64,000 bases of DNA from Narcine bancroftii (GCF_036971445.1 NC_091472.1:74028001-74092000), one strand, 5' to 3'. Positions 26,505 through 38,414 are shown, counted from the stretch's first letter. The notes: generated by a model from the letters alone, not told the origin. Numbers and translations: made by a program.

Positions 26505-29005
26505 AAGTAAAAACACCGAAATGCTGGAGGAACTCAGCTGGTCATTTCAGCATCTAAAAGAGACAAGGATATATCGCCAGTGCTTCAGCCCTGCACCCTT
26601 CTTAAAGGAAAAATCAGAAATGGCAGAAACAGGATATATCAAAAAGTCTTAGAATTCAAACAATGGGGGAGAAATCCAGACCAACAAAAGGTGTTAATTG
26701 GATGTAATAAGGGACTAGGTTGAATTTATCACGTCTGTGAGATGGCGGAGGTAGCAGGGGTGGGGAGGGGGATGAGGTTTAATGAAAGCCAGAGAAGTTG
26801 ATATAAATGCCATCCTGTTGGAGGGTACCCAATTTACTGATGTTCTCTGTTTGGCAGTACATGAGACCATGGACAGACATGTCAGCAAGGGAATGTGATG
26901 GAGAATTTTAATAGGTGGCCACTGGGAGATCCACACTTTTGCGGTGGATAGAGCCGAGGTGCTCAATGAAGCGATCTCCAGTCTACGCCCAGTCTCTCCA
27001 ATGTAGAGGAAACCATATCGGGAGCACAAAACGCAGTAGATTCACAAATGAAATGTTTCTTCAATTTGTAGGACTGTTTGGAGCCCTGAATGGTGCTGAG
27101 GGAGGAGGAGTGGGTGGAAGTGGAGCATCTCTATGGTCACAGGGTAGGTCCCAAGGGGACGATTGGTGGAAAGGGAGGAGTGGACATGGGAGTCACGTTG
27201 GGAGTAATCCCTGCGGAAGGAGGAGAGGAGAATATGTGTCTGATGATGGGATCACATTGTAGGTAGTGGAAATGGCAGAAGAGGGTGTATTGGATGCAAG
27301 GGGTGGTGGGGTGGTAGGTGAAGACAAGATAAATCCTGTCCTTGTGTGTGGGGGCAGAGGGAGCCAGGGCAGATGTGTGGGTAATGGAGGAATTGAGAGA
27401 ATGGGATGGAATCCTTCATGGGGACAGGGTGGGAAGAGGTCTAGTCGAGGTAGCTGTGTGAGTTGGTGGGTTTGTGAAGATGTCTGTTGAGCGTTTATCA
27501 ACTGAGATGGGGACAGAGAGATTGAGAAAAGGGAAAGTGTTGCTAGAGGTGAACCAAGTGAATTTGAGGTCAGGGTGGAAGTTTGCAGCAAAGTGGATGA
27601 GGTCAACGAGGGTACATGAGGCAGCACCAAAGCAGTCATTGATGTCACAGCGGTAGAGTTGAGGTGCCTTGCCTGTGTAGGCTTGTAGCGTAGATTGCTC
27701 CTTGTGACCAACAAAAAGGCAAGCATAGTTGGGACCCATGCAGGTACCCATGGCTACCCCTTTAACCTGGAGAAAGTACAGTGAGTCAAAGGAGAAATTA
27801 TTGAGGGTGAGGACAATTTCCACCAGCCAGAGGAGGGTGGTGGTGAAGGAGGGGGGCTGGTTGGTTATATTGTCCTGAAAGAAATGAAAGGCTTTGAGGC
27901 CTTCAATATGGGGAATTGAGGTGTAAAGAGATTGGATATCTATGGTAAATGAGACGATCAAGTTCAGGGAAATGTAAGTTGTTGAAGTAATGGAGTGCAT
28001 GTGAAGTATCCTGGATGTAGGTGGGGAGGGACTGGACCGGGGGGGGACAAAACAGAGTTGGGGTAAGAGGAGACCAATTTGGCAGGACATGTATACGCAG
28101 ACACGATGGGTCTTCTAGGACAATTGGGTTTGTGGCTCTTGAGTAGGAAGTAGAAATGGGAGGTACAGGGTTGGAAAATAATAAGGTTGGAGGCTGTGCC
28201 AGGAATGCCACCAGAAGTGGAGTCCAGAGATGGTGCATGATACAGCGGTTTGATGGGTTTTGGTTGGGTCCTGTTGGCAGGACATTTCATGTGAATCTGC
28301 ACGGGTCACCTACTGCATTTGGTGCTCCTGCTATGGTCGTCTCTACATCCGAGAGACTGGGCACAGACTGGGAGATCGTTTTGTTGAGCACCTCGGCTCT
28401 GTCCACTGCAATAGCGTGGATCTCCCAGTGGCCACCCATTTCCATTCTCCATTACATATCCTTGCAAACATGTCTGTCCATGGTCTTGTACCGCCAGTAA
28501 ATCGGAGAAACAATACTTCATCTTCCGACTGGGCACCCCCCTACCAGATGACATTAATATCGACCTCTGGCTTTCATTAAACCCCATCACCACCACCGCT
28601 GCGCCCCCCTTCCCCTCCCCCTCCCCGGATGTTGTCTCTCCAACTCTCCATTCACTGTCTCTTATAAAGCCATTTCACTATAACTATTTTTGGCTCTGGT
28701 AGGTATAAAATATTCCACAGTTCAATTTGATGAACTTGATCACTCTGCCAGTATCATCGCCAGCCTTAATCTCTCGTGTAACATCACCAAAACATTTCCC
28801 TTATCACATCCAATTAACACCTTTTGTTGGTCTGGATTCCTTCCCCATTGTTTGAATTCCAAGACTTTCTGATATATCCTCCTTCTGCCTTTTCTGATTT
28901 TCATTGAAGAAGGGCTCAGGGCTGAAAGATCAGTAATATATCTTTGTCTCCTATAAATGCTGAATTGACCAGCTGAGATCCTCCAGCATTTTGGTGTGTT
29001 TACTT
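26505..29005 (-). mobile_element. Penelope-like element with inverted 5' pseudo-LTR segment (minus ~26505-28285, plus ~28285-29005)
   Basis: Minus: RT DIQSLYTSIPH, QVKGVAMGTCMGPNYACLFV and GIY-YIG CSRYGFLYIGETGRRL. Plus: second GIY-YIG copy YCIWCSCYGRLYIRETGHRLGDRFVEHL. Ends are inverted repeats (gctggaggaactcagctggtc / gaccagctgagatcctccagc). Confidence 0.88.
28664..28797 (+). repeat. ~133-bp dispersed direct duplication, copy inside Penelope (partner 29889-30021)
   Basis: ataaagccatttcactataactattt...catcaccaaaacattt is near-identical at both sites. Confidence 0.9.
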
Positions 29006-29593
29006 ATTATTATCAAGATTTTTTCCCCCTCTCATATATACCCTCAACAGTATCTGCTCCAAGAATAATAGGGTCATTCTCTTGCCAGCTAAGCTCCTCT
29101 GGCATTTTGATGTTTTCACTACAATCACAGCATCTGCAGTTTATCGTGTTTTTCACAAACCCTTGATAAAGCATACAGAGAGAGGTGCTTTTCATTTTCA
29201 GTGAATATGGAAGGCAGTATGATAAAAAGAGTGAAGGGAAAAAGTATGATGACTTTTTCTTACAAGAAGTGTATGTGATCTGACGAATGTAGATTCAATA
29301 TAACTGCCTGAAAGATGTCGATGAAATAATAATGTACATGAAGGAATTGTAAAATTAAATCATTTTCAGGACAATAGATAAGGGGAAGTATGTAGGACAA
29401 ACAGGATGACCATTTTTAAAAGTCGACATGAGGACCTCAAACTGGAATACTTACATGGTTCTAAAATTATAGTGAAATTCCTTAGAATTCCCAAAGCCAG
29501 GATTGTTGAGATTTAGCATAAACAGTTTAACTATTGACAGTGTTCCCTTAACTGCCATGCGGTTAACAGTAAAGATGGTCTTCTTTTATAGTT

Positions 29594-29678
29594 TTTTTTT
29601 TGCGGCGGCCTCAGGCTGGAGCCGGGCTCCGGCCGCCACCGGGTGCAGCTGATCTTCTGAGACACAAACCGGCCATGC
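29594..29678 (-). mobile_element. Short GC-rich polyadenylated retrocopy of unknown source
   Basis: 77-nt body (29602-29678) plus poly(T) on +, flanked by perfect 19-bp TSD atggtcttcttttatagtt (29575-29593, 29679-29697). Confidence 0.85.
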
Positions 29679-30502
29679 ATGGTCTTCTTTTATAGTTGAC
29701 AAAGAATTTAAGACAAGAAAGAGGGGACAGAGAGGTTTAAAACCACATGTTCCAATTAGATCTCAACTTAATCTTCACGATAAACACTCATCTCTGATGT
29801 AAGAGTTTATGAATTCAATGGCCAATCCAGAGATTTGAGCACAAGATCAAAGTTGGTGCTGCATTGCAGTTCAGAGGATTTTTCTTTAATAAAGCCATTT
29901 CACTATAACTATTTTGGCTCTGGTAGGTATAAAATATTCCACAGTACTATTTGATGAACTTGATCACTCTGCCAGTATCATTGCCAGCCTTGATCTCTTG
30001 TGTAACATCACCAAAACATTTTCTATTTGTGAGATCTTGCTGGGCCAATTTAGCTGTTATATTACTGCAGTGATTACATCTCAAAACTACCTAATTGATG
30101 TGTTCTGAAGCTTCTTAAGTTTGTAAAATATAAAATGACTTCTTTATTTTCATTGTGGATCGAAGACTTGTGTTGGTTCAGTTCTGTCATCAGTGTGACT
30201 TTAATTTTGTTGGGTATTTTTGTTACTCAATAATAGAAATAATTCATTTTATTGTCCCGTGTAACAAATTGAAGCTGTTTTCCAATGTCCAGGTGGATTA
30301 GTACTTTTACCACTCTTAACACTTAGTTAAGGAGGTTTTGATTAACAGTACCCTTCCAATTGACTGAGATCAGACATTCTCTTTTAGGAATAGAATACAC
30401 TTAAATACTATCAGCTTTGATTTTCAAATAGTTTGTGTTGTTGAGCTACTACCTTTCGAGTTCATTAGGACTTGACCCTGAACAGAAAATACATAGGGAA
30501 AC

Positions 30503-30760
30503 AGGCACAATTGGCATAGCAGTTAGTGCAACGACTTTACAGTGCCAGTGATCAGGACCAGAGTGAGGTTCGAATCCCGCACTGTCTGTAAGGAGTTTGT
30601 ACCTTCTCCCCGTGTCTTCGTGGGTTTTTTTCTGAGGGCTCTGGTTTCCTCTCACTGTTCAAAAACTTATCAGGGGTGTAGGTTAATGGGGGTGTAAATT
30701 GGGTGGCACAGACTCATGGGCTGAAATGGCCTGTTACTGTGCTGTATGTCTTTAAAAAAA
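30503..30760 (+). mobile_element. tRNA-derived V-SINE (HE1-like)
   Basis: A box tggcatagcagttag, B box ggttcgaatccc, V-domain gtttgtaccttctccccgtgtc...ggtttcctc. Confidence 0.85.
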
Positions 30761-33700
30761 AATCTCAGGCTATAACATTATGATTTCATTTAATATATTT
30801 TCTAGTCAAATGCCTGACTATTGTGCAATAAGACGCTAGGACAAGCCACGTTTCACATTCTGTATTATCTGAAATCCGATGAATGAAACCATAGTGCACA
30901 GTACTTATTGCACTGTTGTTGATTTTGGCGCATATGAATTTGTTTCTATCCTGCTTTATTTATTTATTTAGATATATAGCATGGTAACAGGCCATTTCTG
31001 TGCTTGTTCATCGCAGCCTTTTGCTCATGTTAATCTGAGGAAAAAGTCTTTCACTTCTGAACAATCAACTACAGTTCCTGGCAGATTATAGTAAACAGAA
31101 AACTTCTTTTGCTAACAGATGTATCAAGTTAAAAAAAAATTTACAATAATGAAAATCCCTTTGTTCCTAAGAAATGTTGCAGGAAATAAAGGGAAAAAGG
31201 ATGACAACCAAACAGAAAGAGGTTAAAAAGGAAAGATAAAAGACTGTCAAAACACATGAGGAAAGTATACAAAATAGAGAAGTGGGAAAATATGGAGTCC
31301 AAATTTTGCTATTCGTGGCCTTCTACTATTCTCACTCACTATAAACCTGGTATGTGGAGAGTGCCAGGAAATTATTAATAGATTTGACAGCTGAGTTGTG
31401 AAGGAGTCAATGGCATGGTCCTTGTGTTTACTGTGGATTCTCCTGGAGCAGGTTGTGCCATGACAGTTAAAAGAAATGGCAGTACCCATGGAGCAGAAGG
31501 CAAAGAAAGGGGCGCAGTCGGTCTGGAAGTAGCAAAGATCGTCGATGAGACTGTCGGAGGTAAGAATCTGAAAGAGAAAAGTAATAGGAGAGCTTGGTAG
31601 TTGGGAAGTCAAGCATGCAGCAACACAAGAATATAAGTAACAAAAATATAAAGAGGGAATGCAGCAATCAATTGATTTTAAAACAGCAAATGACATAAAT
31701 GTTGGAAGGTGGCGAAAGAAAAACATTTTGAAAACCAGATTATAGCAGTGAAGCTAGTGTATTATTTTCCTGATATTAGATGACCATGGGACATAATTTA
31801 CCATTTACATTCAGTTTCCTTGCAGAGAATGACTAAAAACCTCGACCAATTGCAAAAATTCCTTCCATTATTACCAATTTATTTTAGATGTAAAATTAAA
31901 TACACCTAAATTTATCTTATTTTTTAAAAACTTGGATACAGCCAAAAAAGATTGACATAAAAGTTCTCAATTCAAAGGACTCCATTCAAATTACTTGATG
32001 ACTTAAATTTTGTAATACTAAATTTGAATTTTGTTTTGCTATATTATTGCTGCAAATTATGAGGTTATTCCATTTTAAAGCATAAGCATTTTCATTTTGA
32101 TACACATAGATTCTTGGTGGTTACCAAAATTAAATTTTCTGGCATCCACCTAAACGTCCTCAAGAGCTCAGACTTTGTAAATTTTACAGATTGCAGTTGT
32201 TTTTGGTTCACTGTAGTTGTATTGGTCTGTTTTAATGCCGAGTCTTGGTACCAAAATTTTCCCAGTTTATTCAGTGTATTTAAATGGCAAAGGCCTGGAC
32301 TAAGATTACCATAACTTAATTTTTGTGTGTTTTTAAATTATACTGAATGCAGCTCGAAGTTAATTCCAAGAGCTGTTGTGATTAGGCCCAAATATTCATG
32401 AATCTTTCAGGATTTGATTTCAGTGAATTTTCGACAGAGTGGGATGATGGGGACGAAATCTGTTTTGCCCTTCGCTGGTTTGCTTTGAATTCCAGTGGCA
32501 AAGAAAGTTAGGCATGTTTTTGTTACTCAATGCCTATATTGCTTGTTTGACCATGGAATTCCCTGGTATTTAGAAAGTTGTGTTAAAACTTGAGGGTGTT
32601 GCATTGTATATTCTTCACTGGTCACCATTGGCATTACATGAACAAAACAAGAGTAGATAGCCCCTTATGATTTTGTTGGGTAGTCTGGTTTTATGATTAA
32701 ATCAGTGCATTGCTTTGTGCAATGTTATGAAATGGAGGTGCATTCATCTTGAGACAGAAGAGCTGAAAATGCTGGAATCTCTGCAAGTCAATGGGGATGA
32801 AGGGTTTTGACTTGTAGTATCAACAATTGCTCCACCTACTACTGCTGCTGTCTGACCTGCTGAGCTCTTGCAGCACTTTTTATGCGCTCATCTTATTTGG
32901 TTGAAAAAATACAATTGTGAACTCTACTTTTCTGAACAAAATGTGGGATTCCTTGACAGTTTGTTATTATAAAAAGTGTGCTGACTGCTTCTGAAACTAT
33001 CTTTCAATTTAACAGCCCAATTCCAAATACCTCTCTCAACTACATGGCAGGAAACAGTGCAATGAGTATGAATTTTTTATTCTATTCAACAAAATGTATT
33101 TGTGTGAATTGCTCAAAAAAAACTTAAGAATTGGGTCTTTGTTAAATCTTTTTGTGGGATACTAATCTTAAAAAAGTCTCAGAATTTGCAGTGTAACTAG
33201 AGCTCAATGCTAACAGCTGCCAAAAGTTCTTGTTGAGTCTCCATTAAGACCTTGGAAGGAAAGGAGATTGATTATTCTTATGCAGACTTTAAAATACTCT
33301 TGGAGGTTGAGGAAAATCGTCCATAGTTCTTAAACCTTGGAGGGAGCTCGGCGTACTTTCAGAACAGCAGATGTCAGCCGTTCCATTTAACAAAGGATCA
33401 AAGCACGCAAGTTGCAATGCAAATGTCTTCATCCCTGTGATTTGGGATGGGTCGCGTTCGTTCTTCCATAAGGCCTCCTTGCTGTGTTCATCATTTATCA
33501 GTTCAAGAAGGGTCCACTGGAATAAGCCATTTGGATTATTCAGCACAAATGCTGAAACTCAAACTAAAAGAGAGCAATATAAAAGCAAAGATGAGAAAGA
33601 AATAGATTATAATCCATTCAGTCTGGGATTGATTTGAATTTGAGTTCACCAAGACAAAATGCTAGCTCACTGAACCACCCTGTACCTGGAACCATTTTTT

Positions 33701-35082
33701 AAAAATACACTTGATTACAAAAAAACAAGAACATGTTGCTACAGGCTGAGTACCTATGCTTAAGATCTTGATTTATAGACTATTAAAACTCCTTGAATGA
33801 CAGAATGTAAACATCTGTCTGTGTGTGGAAAATACAGCCTGAAATTGTGCAGTTCCAATCTCTCCCTTGGCATAACAGTGTCGAATACAGTAATCTTGTT
33901 TATAATGAGAAATTTTGAATCAAGATAGATTTTTCTACATTTCTTTTTGTGTAAGAAGCCCTTCACTATAGAAATGTTACAAGTGTCTTGAGAGGAAATT
34001 GATTGTTCTCTGAGTCCATCTGAGTTGTGTTGGTCAGGCATTTGCTCAGTTGATTCTGTTTAATCACTTAACTATCTGTTGCCTATCAGGATTTATGCCA
34101 ACAAATTACATTCCGATTAAAGCAACATGGAGGTACAATTCGATGATGCTTTCTGTGAGGGCCTGGCTTTTTCTCATGCACCCTTTAGTGTCTAGCTTTG
34201 AGAATTATTAACAAGTAATATAATTAGAGTAAACTGTTTCCACTTTAAATGGAATGTGGATTTTTTGGTGACAGAAGTTCATGGGACTGGTAAAGCAACA
34301 CGTGGCTACATTTGAACAACTCTTGACTCGTCCGTTGAATGATTGTAATCAGTTTCAGACAAATACCAGTAATAGTGGTGTTGCTGTCAAACAGCTTTTT
34401 AGTTTGTCATGTTATGAGCCCAGAGGACCCGAAAACCCAGCAGCAATAGAAATTCACGAAGACGGATGGTTACTAAAACAAAAGTTACTTTTAATTATCT
34501 TAAAAAATGAAAACAGGATCAAACTTTAACTTATTACTATTAACTTAACCCCCTTCTAATTCTAAGCGCACATGTATGTAAGGTGTATGTAAGTTTAGAA
34601 AAGTTATTTGATTCACAGTCCTATCTCACTTCTCACTCCTCCAAGTTCACCGGTATCAGGCAATTCTTATACTATGCACAGAATTTAACATCTATGAATC
34701 TTCATCAGGCTCTGGTGCTTGAAAGGTAAATGATTACTGCTCAGGAAGGTTCTTGTTGGTTTTCAGAGGGAGATTGGTTGCTCGTTGGACACCCACAACT
34801 GATTCATTCCAATCAGCCACTTCGGTGTCTTGCCGAAGAAATTTGCCCCATCAGGGTTTTCCAGATGATAACCTTTCTTTTAGGTCACCACAGAGTTCCT
34901 TTTTGTTTCCTTTATTTCAAGTGAAACATTATACAGCCAGCCATATCCTGTTGTATAGACCACAAGGCTTTGACCAGGCTGAGTTCAGAACTCACAACTC
35001 GTCTTCAAAATGGGGTTTTAAATAAGCTTACCAGCTTGTCATATTCCAGTCCCAGCTGCTACTGCTGAACTGTAGAACTGAA

Positions 35083-35093
35083 TTCTCTCTCTC

Positions 35094-35127
<34 letters not shown>

Positions 35128-35161
35128 CCTCTCTCTCTCTCTCTCTCCCTCTCTCTCTCTC
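35083..35161. repeat. (CT)n microsatellite
   Basis: Directly visible; source of the spurious (ER)n ORF. Confidence 0.95.
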
Positions 35162-35458
35162 AGAAAATCACATGACCCTCTTAAAACAGCAAACTGCGGC
35201 ACCGGACCCAATCTTCTGAGTTCGCTCATCTGATGCTTTCCAAAACAGTAATCCATTAGTCCAAAACTTGTCCAATTAACACCTACATGTAAAGTCTCTA
35301 TAGGCATTCTTCAAAGTTTTTGCAAAGGCACTCGAAGCCTGACTGTCTGGCTTGAGCCAAGCTCTTCCATTTTAAATGAGATCTGTTTTGAAGTGTTTGT
35401 ATCTGTGTTTGACCTAACTAAAAACTCCACAATTTATCTTCCAAAAGCATATCTATAT

Positions 35459-36887
35459 CTTCTTTCTTTGGCTTGGCTTCGCGGACGAAGATTTATGGAG
35501 GGGGTAAAAAGTCCACGTCAGCTGCAGGCTCGTTTGTGGCTGACCAGTCCGATGCGGGACAGGCAGACACGATTGCAGCGGTTGCAAGGGAAAATTGGTT
35601 GGTTGGGGTTGGGTGTTGGGTTTTTCCTCCTTTTCCTTTTGTCAGTGAGGTGGGCTCTGCGGTCTTCTTCAAAGGAGGCTGCTGCCCGCCAAACTGTGAG
35701 GCGCCAAGATGCACGGTTTGAGGCGTTATCAGCCCACTGGCGGTGGTCAATGTGGCAGGCACCAAGAGATTTCTTTAGGCAGTCCTTGTACCTTTTCTTT
35801 GGTGCACCTCTGTCACGGTGGCCAGTGGAGAGCTCGCCATATAATACGATCTTGGGAAGGCGATGGTCCTCCATTCTGGAGACGTGACCCATCCAGCGCA
35901 GCTGGATCTTCAGCAGCGTGGACTCGATGCTGTCGACCTCTGCCATCTCGAGTACCTCGACGTTAGGGGTGTGAGCGCTCCAATGGATGTTGAGGATGGA
36001 GCGGAGACAACGCTGGTGGAAGCGTTCTAGGAGCCGTAGGTGGTGCCGGTAGAGGACCCATGATTCGGAGCCGAACAGGAGTGTGGGTATGACAACGGCT
36101 CTGTATACGCTTATCTTTGTGAGGTTTTTCAGTTGGTTGTTTTTCCAGACTCTTTTGTGTAGTCTTCCAAAGGCGCTATTTGCCTTGGCGAGTCTGTTGT
36201 CTATCTCATTGTCGATCCTTGCATCTGATGAAATGGTGCAGCCGAGATAGGTAAACTGGTTGACCGTTTTGAGTTTTGTGTGCCCGATGGAGATGTGGGG
36301 GGGCTGGTAGTCATGGTGGGGAGCTGGCTGATGGAGGACCTCAGTTTTCTTCAGGCTGACTTCCAGGCCAAACATTTTGGCAGTTTCCGCAAAGCAGGAC
36401 GTCAAGCGCTGAAGAGCTGGCTCTGAATGGGCAACTAAAGCGGCATCATCTGCAAAGAGTAGTTCACGGACAAGTTGCTCTTGTGTCTTGGTGTGAGCTT
36501 GCAGGCGCCTCAGATTGAAGAGACTGCCATCCGTGCGGTACCGGATGTAAACAGCGTCTTCATTGTTGGGGTCTTTCATGGCTTGGTTCAGCATCATGCT
36601 GAAGAAGATTGAAAAGAGGGTTGGTGCGAGAACACAGCCTTGCTTCACGCCATTGTTAATGGAGAAGGGTTCAGAGAGCTCATTGCTGTATCTGACCCGA
36701 CCTTGTTGGTTTTCGTGCAGTTGGATAATCATGTTGAGGAACTTTGGGGGACATCCGATGCGCTCTAGTATTTGCCAAAGCCCTTTCCTGCTCACGGTGT
36801 CGAAGGCTTTGGTGAGGTCAACAAAGGTGATGTAGAGTCCTTTGTTTTGTTCTCTGCACTTTTCTTGGAGCTGTCTGAGGGCAAAGA
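35459..36887 (-). mobile_element. RTE-clade LINE, 5'-truncated (copy 3) with uninterrupted RT frame
   Basis: 425-aa ORF: GVKQGCVLAPTLFS, LLFADD, FTYLG, C-terminal CxxC..HxxxC; no stops. Confidence 0.95.
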
Positions 36888-37054
36888 AAATATAACATAA
36901 TCTGTCACAGTCAATAGTTGAAAAATAATATTCTTTCTAACTAACCAGTAGATATAATCCAGCCTCAGAAATGAGAACTATGTAAGGTGCAATCAAAAAA
37001 TGTAAAATCACCAATTGTTTTAATATGTACTTAAATTTAGCCACACAGCACGGG

Positions 37055-38240
37055 TAGTGAGGAGGCTGCAGAGAGACTTGGCTAGATTAGGAGAATGGGG
37101 AAAGAAGTGGCAAATGAAGTCTCATGTTGGAAAGTGTATAGTCATGCACATTGGTAGAAAGAATAAAATGGCAGACTATTATTTGGATGGGAGAAAATTC
37201 AAAATTTGGAGGTGCAATAAGTCTTGGGAGTCCTTGTGCAGGTTACCCTAAAATTTAACCTCCAGGTTAAATTAGTGGTGAAGAAGGTGAATGCAAAATT
37301 GGCATTTAGTTTTATGGAGAGGAATAGGATATAAAGGTAGAGATATGATGTTGAGGCTTTATAGGCACTGAGGAGGCCTCATTTGCAGTACGGGGTATAG
37401 TTTTTGGCTTCTTATTTAAGATGTGTTGGCATTGGAGAGGGTTCAGAGAAGATTCTCAAGAATGATTCCTGGAACAAAGGGATTAGCACAGTGGTTCTCA
37501 ACCTTTTTCTTTCTGCTCACATACCACTTTAAGTAATCGCTATGCTATAGGTGCTCTGTGATTAGTAAGGGATTGCTTAAGGTGGTATGTGGGTGGAAAG
37601 AAAAAAATTGAAAACCAGTGTTTTAACCATACCTAATTGACTTGTTATGTGCACAGTTTCATAACTCCAAAGGAAATGGGCCAATGACAATTTTTCTCAA
37701 ACAAAATATTTCAGTAACAATTGGGTCTAGAGCAGAAATTCTCAACCTTCCCTTCTCACTCACATTACTTAAGGTTGATGTGAGTGGGGAAAAAAGGTTG
37801 AGAACCACTGGATTAGCATATGAGGAACATTTGATGGCTCTTTGATGGTAGTCCTTGGAGTTCAGAGGAATGAGGGGATGAACTCAGAGAAGAATTTTGA
37901 ATGTTGAAAAGCTTGGACAGAGTAGATGTTGCAAAGTTTTTTTCCCCCAAGTAGGAGCATTAAGGACAAGAGGGTACAATTTCAGGGGGTTGAAGAGTGC
38001 CCATTTAAAACAGTTGTGGAGAAATTTCTTTAGTCAAAGAGTGGTGGCATTTTGAAATTTGCTACCGCAGGTCATGTCATTGAGTGTTTTTAAGGCAGAG
38101 ATAGGTATCTGAATATTCAGGGTATCAAAAAAAAAGATTATGGGGAGAAGGCAGGGAAGTGGGGCTGAGTGGATCAGGTCATGCTGGAATGGCGGAGCAG
38201 ATAATGGGCCAAATGGCTGGCTTCTACTCCTATATCTTCT
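37055..38240 (+). mobile_element. CR1-type LINE 3' portion
   Basis: RLQRDLARLGEWGKKWQMK..KCIVMHIGRKN; 3' end gggccaaatggc...ttctactcctatatctt. Confidence 0.8.
37489..37810. mobile_element. hAT (Charlie-like) MITE, copy 2
   Basis: Perfect TIR cagtggttctcaacctttt / aaaaggttgagaaccactg and perfect 8-bp TSD gattagca. Confidence 0.92.
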
Positions 38241-38367
38241 GGTCAATCTTGTCTTAATATAGCAAGGTGCAGAGTGTAACATGTTTGCTTTTTGTGTCAT
38301 CTAATTAGTTGGTAATCATTAATGATATGTCTGGAAAAAATGTAAATGGAGGAAAATAAATGGATAC

Positions 38368-38370
<3 letters not shown>

Positions 38371-38412
<42 letters not shown>
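38371..38412. repeat. (GA)n microsatellite
   Basis: Directly visible. Confidence 0.95.

Positions 38413-38414
<2 letters not shown>

Larger units (their letters stand above)
34410..36909. mobile_element. Solo LTR (~1.07 kb net, Gypsy-like), interrupted by RTE copy 3
   Basis: TGTTAT...TCACA termini with exact 4-bp TSD gtca (34406-34409, 36910-36913); internal (CT)n. Confidence 0.8.

Noticed and set aside
28690-30108. Duplicated small ORF MALVGIKYSTV...
   Set aside because: Starts at TTG, arises from the 133-bp local duplication, and lacks splice or coding signals.
30503-30590. tRNA gene (A and B boxes)
   Set aside because: The tRNA-like head continues into a V-SINE body present in many copies; no complete cloverleaf.
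31247-31726. 159-aa minus-strand ORF in a purine-rich block
   Set aside because: No recognisable domain in the frames I read; F/L/S/C-biased composition typical of antisense to A/G-rich DNA; probably an old repeat.
35059-35307. (ER)n repeat protein
   Set aside because: Translation of the (CT)n microsatellite in the solo LTR.
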